DNA from: Candidatus Omnitrophota bacterium
Lineage (GTDB): Bacteria > Omnitrophota > Gorgyraeia > Zapsychrales > JANLHA01
Assembly: GCA_963662715.1 (NCBI GenBank)
Contig: OY759724.1
Location: 2,940,001-2,972,000, forward strand
DNA: 32,000 nucleotides
Direction: 5' to 3'
Under the pieces are notes generated by a model. That model worked only from the letters and a program-made list of their open reading frames with translations, was not told the origin of the DNA and made no database searches. Each line of letters starts with the position of its first letter. Position 1 is the first letter of the stretch. Positions 25,727-32,000 of the stretch are shown here, in pieces. Made by a program: the position numbers and the translations under genes.

Positions 25727-26395
25727 ATGCGTATTTTGATTGTTGAGGATGAAAAAAAATTAGCAAGTGTGATCCGCAGGAGCCTCAAAGAAAAAGATTA
25801 TGCTGTCGACATTGCGCATGATGGCAATGAAGGACTGTTTCTCGCTGAGGTCAATCCGTATGATTTAATCATATTGGATATTATGCTGCCCCAAAAAGAC
25901 GGTATCTGTATTTGCCGTGCCTTAAGGAGGAAGAAAAACGACGTTCCCATTTTAATGTTAACGGCACGAGATGATGTTGAGGATAAAATTACCGGCCTCG
26001 ATTCAGGAGCTGATGATTATCTCACAAAACCATTTGCCTTTGGCGAATTGCTGGCTCGGGTAAGGGCTTTAATACGGCGGAAACAAGACGTAAAAACAAC
26101 CAGATTAAAGGTCGCTGATTTGGAGTTGGATCAGTTGACCCATACGGTGAGCCGGGGGGGACGGATTATTGAACTCACAAGTACGGAATATGCCCTTCTT
26201 GAATACTTGATGCTCAATGCCAATCAAGTCGTCACGCGGACAATGATATCAGAACATGTCTGGAATGATGATTTTGATACTTTCTCAAACGTCATTAATG
26301 TTTACATTAACTACCTCCGGAAAAAAATCGACAACCATTTTGAAAAAAAGCTGATCCACTCCATAAGAGGCACCGGATATATTTTAAAAGAATAA
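25727..26395 (+). CDS. OmpR-family response regulator (CusR-like)
   Basis: MRILIVEDE, DLIILDIMLP, LTARD and GADDYLTKPFAFGELLARVRALIRR form the receiver. A winged-helix output ends in IRGTGYILKE. ATG at 25727 is preferred over the TTG at 25688 in the ORF track. Confidence 0.9.
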   Translation: MRILIVEDEKKLASVIRRSLKEKDYAVDIAHDGNEGLFLAEVNPYDLIILDIMLPQKDGICICRALRRKKNDVPILMLTARDDVEDKITGLDSGADDYLTKPFAFGELLARVRALIRRKQDVKTTRLKVADLELDQLTHTVSRGGRIIELTSTEYALLEYLMLNANQVVTRTMISEHVWNDDFDTFSNVINVYINYLRKKIDNHFEKKLIHSIRGTGYILKE

Positions 26396-26403
26396 TCCCA
26401 ACT

Positions 26404-27882
26404 ATGCATATAAGATCGATTCGTTTTAAGACGACATTGCTTTATTCGGGAATCCTGTTGGGGATTCTTCTCGCCTATAACAGTGTGCTTTATTTTTCTC
26501 TTCGTTCCATTTTAGTGAGGGATGTTGATGAAGAACTGAAAATAAAAGCCGGTGAGATTTCCAATATTCTGCTGGCCTACGAAAAAATAAAGAATACGTC
26601 TTTGCACCCCATGAGTGTCCTCGAAAATCTTCTGCAAAAACATGGTGTTTTGCCGGATAGGGCTGTCATCGTTGACGATCTCTGGCGTTCAAACTTTAAG
26701 ACTTTAAAGCTGAAAGAGGACTATATCAACATCCTTAATGTTTCCGGGCGTTCTCTCCTGCATTCGAACAATGTGACACCGGGAATAAAAGATTTAATAT
26801 CTGAACAGTTCGGCTTTTCGAACAATGAAGTTTATTGTGGAACTGTAGAAAAAAGGTCTTTAAAAGTACGGGTCATTAATCTGCCGTTCATATATAAGCA
26901 CAATCTGCCCTTAACGATTCAGGTCGCAACGCCCCTTAGACCCGTTCATCAATTTTTGGCCAGGTTTATGATGATCAGTTCAGGATGTATCCTCGGAACG
27001 ATCGCTTTAACGAGTTTCCTGGGAAGTTTCTTTGTCAAGCATATTCTAAGGCCCGTTGTGGCGGTGACGAGAACGGCAAACGATATCAGCCACATGGATC
27101 TGGCCAAAAGAATCTCTATGGGAGATACGGACATCGAGTTGAAACAGTTAATCGATTCATTCAATGCCATGCTTGAACGGCTGGAGAAATCTTTTATTCA
27201 TATCAATGAATTTAATTCTTATGTCGCCCATGAACTTAAAACACCTTTGGCGATTGTCAAAGGTGAGCTTGAATTAGCGATTGAACAACTTAAGGAGAAA
27301 AATGAAAATGACACAATCCTTTCTGACTGCCTGGAAGAGATCGACAGGATGATCAAGATCATCAAAGATCTTCTCTTTTTAGCAAAAATTGATTATAAAC
27401 CTCAAATATTAAAATTTGAAAAAATAAATTTTCAGAAATTTTTTGAGGAGATCATAGAGCACGGCACGATACTGGCATCTGAAAAAAAAATAAAATTGAC
27501 AGCAGATTCTTTAAAACTAAAGGAAACTTTAACCATTGATGCTGATAAAGTACACTTGCGACGTCTCTTTCTGAATATAATAACCAACGCAATAAAATAT
27601 ACTCCGGCTAACGGAAACATTCATTTATCTGTAAAGCGGGAAAAAGACCATTTGTTTTTTGATATCTCCGATACCGGAGAGGGGATTTCGGAAGAAAACC
27701 TGCAGAAAATATTTGATAAATTTTTCCGGGTGGATAAAGAGGAAACGACACAGAATGCGGGTTTTGGATTAGGCTTAAGTATTGCGCTTTCTATCGCTAA
27801 AGCCCACAAAGGGGATATAAAAGTCAAGAGCAAATTCAATGAAGGAACCACCTTTACCGTTATCTTGCCATTATCAACATAA
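26404..27882 (+). CDS. Sensor histidine kinase (2 TM, periplasmic loop, HAMP, HisKA, HATPase_c)
   Basis: H-box SYVAHELKTPLAIV, N-box NIITNAIKYTP, DTGEGIS and GFGLGLSIALSIAKAH. The start lies 8 nt after the regulator gene. Confidence 0.9.
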   Translation: MHIRSIRFKTTLLYSGILLGILLAYNSVLYFSLRSILVRDVDEELKIKAGEISNILLAYEKIKNTSLHPMSVLENLLQKHGVLPDRAVIVDDLWRSNFKTLKLKEDYINILNVSGRSLLHSNNVTPGIKDLISEQFGFSNNEVYCGTVEKRSLKVRVINLPFIYKHNLPLTIQVATPLRPVHQFLARFMMISSGCILGTIALTSFLGSFFVKHILRPVVAVTRTANDISHMDLAKRISMGDTDIELKQLIDSFNAMLERLEKSFIHINEFNSYVAHELKTPLAIVKGELELAIEQLKEKNENDTILSDCLEEIDRMIKIIKDLLFLAKIDYKPQILKFEKINFQKFFEEIIEHGTILASEKKIKLTADSLKLKETLTIDADKVHLRRLFLNIITNAIKYTPANGNIHLSVKREKDHLFFDISDTGEGISEENLQKIFDKFFRVDKEETTQNAGFGLGLSIALSIAKAHKGDIKVKSKFNEGTTFTVILPLST

Positions 27883-28082
27883 AAAATCATTCGTTCCATC
27901 CGGACAGCTGTCCCTTCATAATATTTTTATTTCCAACGGCTTGCAGCATCCCTTGCCATTTTTAAAAAAATAAGAAAATTTTAATTTTATTCTAACGTTC
28001 TTCTTATCGATCGTTTGTTATAAATAGATCGGGAAAAAAGGATGTTTAGGGATGCCGTAAAAAATATACTGGAGGGATAAAC

Positions 28083-28223
28083 ATGTTTGAGATGATCATA
28101 ATGATAGCCTGGATTGTAGGTATTGTCTTGGGAATTATGTGGCTGTTCTTACCCTGGATCATGATTTCAAAAATTGATGAGGTTATCGAAGAGTTAAGGA
28201 AATTGAATGCCAAAAATATTTAA
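28083..28223 (+). CDS. Unannotated 46-aa small membrane protein (hypothetical)
   Basis: SD GGAGGGA lies 5 nt upstream of the ATG. My hand translation is MFEMIIMIAWIVGIVLGIMWLFLPWIMISKIDEVIEELRKLNAKNI*, giving one TM and an amphipathic tail. The stop lies 19 nt before the tandem-REC gene. Confidence 0.4.
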   Translation: MFEMIIMIAWIVGIVLGIMWLFLPWIMISKIDEVIEELRKLNAKNI

Positions 28224-28242
28224 GAGGGAGGAGGGTTTTGAC

Positions 28243-28959
28243 ATGGAAAAGATATTGATTGTCGATGATCAAGCGCGGATACGGGAAACCTTTGGCCGGG
28301 TATTAAGCAAGGACGGGTATTCCGTCTTCAAGGCCTCTGACGCCGATCACGCAAATGAGATTTTGAAGAGAGAAAAAATCGATTTGATGTTGCTCGACAT
28401 GAAAATGCCGGAAGTGGGAGGAGAAATTTTATGCGAAATAAAAAGGACATTTCATAAAGAAACGAAAGTCATTGTTTGCAGCGTTTATCCTTTGGATGAC
28501 CAAAAACAGATGATAGAAGGGGCCGATGATTATTTTGACAAATCCGAAGGGTTGCGTGTCCTCAGAGAAAAGGTTAGCCATGTCCTTAACCGTTCAGATC
28601 AAAAAAAAAGGCTCCTTATCATCGATGACGAACAAAAGGTAAGGATCCTTTACTCCATTATTTTGAATAAGGCTGGCTACCTGGTTAAAAGTTTCGGAGA
28701 TAATCAGACAGCGCTCAGTTATTTGAAACACACGGGAACTATGATCGATCTCTTGATTCTTGATTTAGCCATGCCTCAGATTGACGGGTGCTGTTTTTTC
28801 GAGATTATGAAAATAAGACATCCTAATACGAAAATACTCATTGCCAGTAATTATGGGCTCGACACCCAGAAATTTATGATTTTTGATGCGGATGATTATT
28901 TCGATAAAACACAAGGCAACGCTTTATTGCTTGGGAAAGTAAAAAAACTAATAGGATAA
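28243..28959 (+). CDS. Tandem receiver-domain protein (REC-REC, no output domain)
   Basis: ATG at 28243 follows GAGGGAGGAGGG. REC1 reads ILIVDDQ...LMLLDMKMP...ADDYFDKSEG. REC2 reads LLIIDDE...LLILDLAMP...ADDYFDKTQG. Both keep the acidic pocket, the acceptor Asp and the Lys. Confidence 0.8.
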   Translation: MEKILIVDDQARIRETFGRVLSKDGYSVFKASDADHANEILKREKIDLMLLDMKMPEVGGEILCEIKRTFHKETKVIVCSVYPLDDQKQMIEGADDYFDKSEGLRVLREKVSHVLNRSDQKKRLLIIDDEQKVRILYSIILNKAGYLVKSFGDNQTALSYLKHTGTMIDLLILDLAMPQIDGCCFFEIMKIRHPNTKILIASNYGLDTQKFMIFDADDYFDKTQGNALLLGKVKKLIG

Positions 28960-28978
28960 TCTAAAAAGGAGGTGGGCC

Positions 28979-29590
28979 ATGACGAACAAACTGATTATTA
29001 TCGCTGTTATTACAGGACTCATCATCGGAATCGTGTCTCTGGGAATTGAAGTAAAAAAACTGCGGGCAGAAGAACCGGCTTCGGCAACGGATACCAGACA
29101 ACAGCAAAATCCTTCTAAATTCCCTGACGTCTGGACAGCAGCTGGCAACCGTTGGGACCCTTACTCTGAACTAATGCAGTTTCAAAATGAGATGAATAAG
29201 CTGTTCCACGAAACGTTCAGGGACGAATTGTGGCGCATGGGAAACGGGGAAAACCTTTATGAGTTAAATACTGACATCAAAGATAATAAAAATAACTATC
29301 TTATCAGTATGGATATCCCCGGTATGGAGAAAGAAAACATCAATGTCGAAGTGAGGAATAATACGCTCTTGGTCTCCGGTGAACGCAAAGAAGATACCCA
29401 GGAGGAAAATGCCAATTACTATAGGCAAGAACGCAGTTTTGGTTATTTCACACAACGCTTGCCCCTGCCAGAAGATGCCGATTCCTCGGAAATTTCGGTC
29501 ACCTATAAAAACGGGGTTTTAAAGATTGCAGTCCCAAAATTAGCCAAGACCAAATTTCAAAAGGAAGCTATTAAAATAAAAGTCAATTGA
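28979..29590 (+). CDS. Hsp20/alpha-crystallin small heat-shock protein with an N-terminal TM segment
   Basis: SD AAGGAGGTGGG. TM segment LIIIAVITGLIIGIVSLGI. ACD region YLISMDIPGMEKENINVEV...LLVSGERK...RSFGYFTQRLPLPEDAD...YKNGVLKIAVPK. Confidence 0.85.
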   Translation: MTNKLIIIAVITGLIIGIVSLGIEVKKLRAEEPASATDTRQQQNPSKFPDVWTAAGNRWDPYSELMQFQNEMNKLFHETFRDELWRMGNGENLYELNTDIKDNKNNYLISMDIPGMEKENINVEVRNNTLLVSGERKEDTQEENANYYRQERSFGYFTQRLPLPEDADSSEISVTYKNGVLKIAVPKLAKTKFQKEAIKIKVN

Positions 29591-29617
29591 TTCCTATGCT
29601 AAAATAATTCATTTACA

Positions 29618-29655
29618 AAGGGCAGTAAATGCGTCGCTGCCCTTCGTATTATCTT
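29618..29655 (+). terminator. Possible intrinsic terminator after hsp20
   Basis: AAGGGCAG (29618-29625) pairs with CTGCCCTT (29637-29644) around an 11-nt loop. The following T-rich tract (CGTATTATCTT) is weak. Confidence 0.35.
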
Positions 29656-29709
29656 GTGGATATTAATAAATGTTACAAGTATAATTATTTAAAAATATTA
29701 TTCTAAAAT

Positions 29710-30930
29710 ATGGAATCGATCCTCATTGTCGGTATTATTTTATTTGCAGGCTTTCTTCTGGGAGAACTTGCAAAATTCATTAACCTTCCCAAGGTGACCG
29801 GGTATATTATCTCCGGGATCCTACTCAATCCGAGTATATGTCATATTATTCCAGTTGATTTCCCGGCCCACACAAATTTGATAACCAATATTGCCTTGGC
29901 TTTTATCGCTTTCTCGGTAGGGGGGACTTTGTCCTATCCCAAGATCAAAAAACTCGGAAACGTTATTTTGTCCCTTACATTTTGGGAAGCTGAATTTGCC
30001 TTTTTGACCGTCGCATTCATATTTATAATTGCTGCCCGCTATTTCCTCAATATCCCCGGGGCCTCATTCATAAATGTGTTTGTTCCTTTTGGACTTTTAA
30101 CGGCTTCTTTAGCCGTTCCGACAGATCCCTCCGCAACACTTGCCGTCATGCATGAGTATAAAGCCAAAGGAGACGTAAGTTCAACCATCATGGGAATCGC
30201 AGCTTTTGATGATATCTTAGGTATCATCAATTACAGCCTGGCTGTAGTTGTGGCAACGGTTCTTATTTCCCATACACCCTTGACCGCAAACACAGTTGTT
30301 ATAAAGCCGCTGATCATGATCGGAGGCGCCTTTCTGTTAGGAATAATCTTTGGAATTATCTTTAATGTCATTACGAAACTTATTAAACGGGAAACGGAAG
30401 GTATGTTTATCGTGCTTATCTTCGGGCTCTTATCCCTTTGTTTCGGCACGGCCTCTTTGCTTAAAATCGACGAACTGCTGGCGCTCGTTTCCATGGGATG
30501 CGTCGTGGTTAACTTTAACCATGCCCATGTGAAAATTTTTACTATGCTGGAACGTTACACCGAAGAACTTATATTTGTTCTCTTTTTTACTATAAGCGGC
30601 ATGCATCTTAATTTTTCTGTCATCAGCGAAAACTGGATGCTTATTGTTTTATTTATCCTGTTCCGGACCATTGGAAAATATTTGGGGGTGATGACAGGAA
30701 GTCATTTATCTCACGCTTCTTTTAAAATCAGAAAATACGTGACCGGCGGACTCATTCCCCAGGGGGGCATTGTGATCGGGTTAGCCCTTTTAACACAGCA
30801 GGAAGTCATATTTTCTTCATTTTCCAATATCCTGATTAATATCATTATCGGAGCGACGGTTTTTCATGAACTCCTCGGCCCGGTAGCGGCAAAAATTTCT
30901 CTCTTGAAAGCCGGAGAGATAAAGCATTAA
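29710..30930 (+). CDS. Cation:proton antiporter (Na+/H+ exchanger family, CPA2-like, no RCK/TrkA domain)
   Basis: 406 aa with about 11-12 TM segments. The N-terminus GFLLGELAKFINLPKVTGYIISGILLNPS is typical of Kef/NapA-type exchangers. Confidence 0.85.
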   Translation: MESILIVGIILFAGFLLGELAKFINLPKVTGYIISGILLNPSICHIIPVDFPAHTNLITNIALAFIAFSVGGTLSYPKIKKLGNVILSLTFWEAEFAFLTVAFIFIIAARYFLNIPGASFINVFVPFGLLTASLAVPTDPSATLAVMHEYKAKGDVSSTIMGIAAFDDILGIINYSLAVVVATVLISHTPLTANTVVIKPLIMIGGAFLLGIIFGIIFNVITKLIKRETEGMFIVLIFGLLSLCFGTASLLKIDELLALVSMGCVVVNFNHAHVKIFTMLERYTEELIFVLFFTISGMHLNFSVISENWMLIVLFILFRTIGKYLGVMTGSHLSHASFKIRKYVTGGLIPQGGIVIGLALLTQQEVIFSSFSNILINIIIGATVFHELLGPVAAKISLLKAGEIKH

Positions 30931-30996
30931 AGCAGAGGCGAAGCTACATGAGGCCTTTAGACACTCCCGGCTCGCGTATCTTTTCTCAAAAAACGT

Positions 30997-31410
30997 TCAG
31001 CCTCCGGTCTGTGACCGCAGGGTTATAACGATGTCAATAATAATAGCGGATATGGAAAGAATAAAGATAATCAGATAGTTGAGGTTTTCCCGGGAACGCT
31101 CGATGGATGTCAGCAGGTAAGTCAGCCCTTTGCGTTCCTGAGGATCAAGGGCATGCCCCTGTTCAAGTTTTGTAATGAGTGTCTGGCCGTGCACGGCATG
31201 CTTCCGTTTGCGGGAAATGTGATAACGGAAAAGGAAGAAGATCAGATTGGTGATCACGGCTAAATACCATAAAAGACGCACATAAGACGGGTGGGAATGC
31301 TGTACAATAATAATAGCGCGGAAAGAAAACGCCGAGGTCACGCCGACTAGGAAGAAAAGTGTCGCTACAGATTTAGGAAGGGCTTTCGGTTCACGCATAC
31401 TTTTTATCAT
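30997..31410 (-). CDS. Hypothetical membrane protein (about 3 TM), the only minus-strand gene
   Basis: The ORF runs 30997..31488 on the minus strand. The start at 31488 would overlap the divergent methyltransferase start, so the internal ATG at 31410 (MIKSMREPK...) is preferred. No SD is evident. Hydrophobic segments include LFFLVGVTSAFSF, LWYLAVITNLIFFLF and LIIFILSISAIIIDIVI. Confidence 0.45.
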   Translation of the reverse strand: MIKSMREPKALPKSVATLFFLVGVTSAFSFRAIIIVQHSHPSYVRLLWYLAVITNLIFFLFRYHISRKRKHAVHGQTLITKLEQGHALDPQERKGLTYLLTSIERSRENLNYLIIFILSISAIIIDIVITLRSQTGG

Positions 31411-31486
31411 AATGGGATTTCTGTTTTTTGCAAAGAGCAAAATGAAGCAATAAAAGCAAGCTGACGAATCAAGGAGGCATAGGATC

Positions 31487-32000
31487 ATGCAAAACTGGGT
31501 TTATGATGAACATAGACATTGCGGAGTAAATTATTCGGATGAAGACACGGCAGAAGATTATGACCGGCGACATCAGGCTTTCCGGGACTATGAAAGGGAA
31601 TTTAACGGCATGATAGAATTTCTTGATTTAAAAGACCTGCATGAACTTTCGGTTATGGATTTGGGATGCGGGACCGGGGCCGTGTCAATTTACGCGGCCG
31701 AACGTTTCAAAAAAGTCCGCGGCATCGATGTGTCTGAAGTCATGATTCAGCAGGCAAGAAAAAAAATGCCTGATACGGCTCATAGTCATGTGGAATTCAT
31801 CCTCGGCGGATTTCTTAGCTACCGGCATGAAGATGAACCCGTGGATGTCTTGATGACGAAAGCGGCCCTTCATCATCTGCCTGACTTTTGGAAGCAAGTG
31901 GCATTATTAAAAATGAACACAATGTTAAAACCCGAAGGAATATTATATATTCATGATGTTGTCTTTCATTTTGAAGCTGCCCAGTATAATGATAAAATAA
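31487..32000 (+). CDS. Class I SAM-dependent methyltransferase (3' end cut by the window)
   Basis: Absent from the ORF track because no stop falls inside the window. SD AAGGAGG (31470-31476) precedes the ATG at 31487. My hand translation is open to the window end and contains motif I VMDLGCGTG and motif II-like VDVLMTKAALHHL. Confidence 0.8.
   Translation, partial: MQNWVYDEHRHCGVNYSDEDTAEDYDRRHQAFRDYEREFNGMIEFLDLKDLHELSVMDLGCGTGAVSIYAAERFKKVRGIDVSEVMIQQARKKMPDTAHSHVEFILGGFLSYRHEDEPVDVLMTKAALHHLPDFWKQVALLKMNTMLKPEGILYIHDVVFHFEAAQYNDKI

Noticed and set aside
27911-27922. The perfect palindrome GGACAGCTGTCC after the kinase gene, considered as a terminator
   Set aside because: The stem would be only 4-5 bp with a minimal loop. 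The T-run lies more than 10 nt downstream. This is too weak to call.
27935-27965. A possible sigma54 -24/-12 element (GGCTTGCAGCATCCCTTGC) upstream of the small-TM/REC-REC genes
   Set aside because: The GG-to-GC spacing does not fit the TGGCAC-N5-TTGC geometry when counted base by base.
31685-31897. A 70-aa minus-strand ORF
   Set aside because: It is antisense to an open plus-strand frame with a good SD and a clear SAM-methyltransferase motif I (VMDLGCGTG). That frame is missing from the ORF track only because it runs off the window.
1-32000. A scan for CRISPR arrays, tRNA/rRNA genes, transposases or integrases, toxin-antitoxin pairs and known defence-system genes
   Set aside because: I saw no regularly spaced direct repeats, no cloverleaf-like or rRNA-like segments, and no DDE, tyrosine-recombinase or serine-recombinase motifs. 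I also saw no nuclease, helicase or methylase defence signatures in any ORF. This was a visual scan only, so short or degenerate elements could have been missed.

Overview
This is a 32 kb chromosomal segment from a Gram-negative, probably anaerobic bacterium. The gene content looks Desulfobacterota-like, but I hold that taxonomic guess with low confidence. All supported genes except one lie on the + strand, and many are joined by short gaps or overlapping start/stop codons. Five blocks are visible. (1) 1-10.2 kb is a corrinoid uptake and salvage regulon. It holds a BtuC/BtuD-type ABC permease and ATPase and the adenosyltransferase CobO. A full-length cobalamin riboswitch with an intrinsic terminator follows. 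Next come four unusual genes: a DUF4198-like periplasmic protein, a NapH-like membrane 4Fe-4S protein, an HgdB/double-cubane-type protein and its HgdC-type ATPase activator. A second, compact cobalamin riboswitch then precedes a BtuB-like TonB-dependent receptor and a dedicated ExbB-ExbD-TonB set. (2) 10.3-16 kb holds ordinary genes: MipA/OmpV, DUF2294, GTP-dependent PEP carboxykinase, a small PCP-reductase-like protein, a metallophosphoesterase and an M50B-like membrane peptidase. (3) 16.2-22.2 kb encodes three secreted proteins. They share paralogous CsgG/LpoB-like modules, and one is a 1335-aa giant with a disordered Arg/Gln/Ser-rich insert and a C-terminal beta-propeller. A DUF523/DUF1722 gene follows. 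(4) 23.3-25.6 kb is the strongest candidate for an undescribed system. An unannotated 54-aa Cys-free peptide with a C-terminal TM-plus-basic tail lies directly upstream of a CPBP intramembrane protease and a radical SAM/SPASM enzyme carrying an N-terminal RRE-like extension. This block is flanked by an OmpR/HisKA two-component system. (5) 28-32 kb holds a small TM protein, a tandem-receiver protein, an Hsp20 with an N-terminal TM segment, a cation:proton antiporter, one minus-strand membrane protein and a truncated SAM methyltransferase. The right-hand third of the window looks AT-richer than the rest. I recognised no rRNA, tRNA, CRISPR array, transposase or integrase. All domain calls come from motif reading by eye, and no database search was run.
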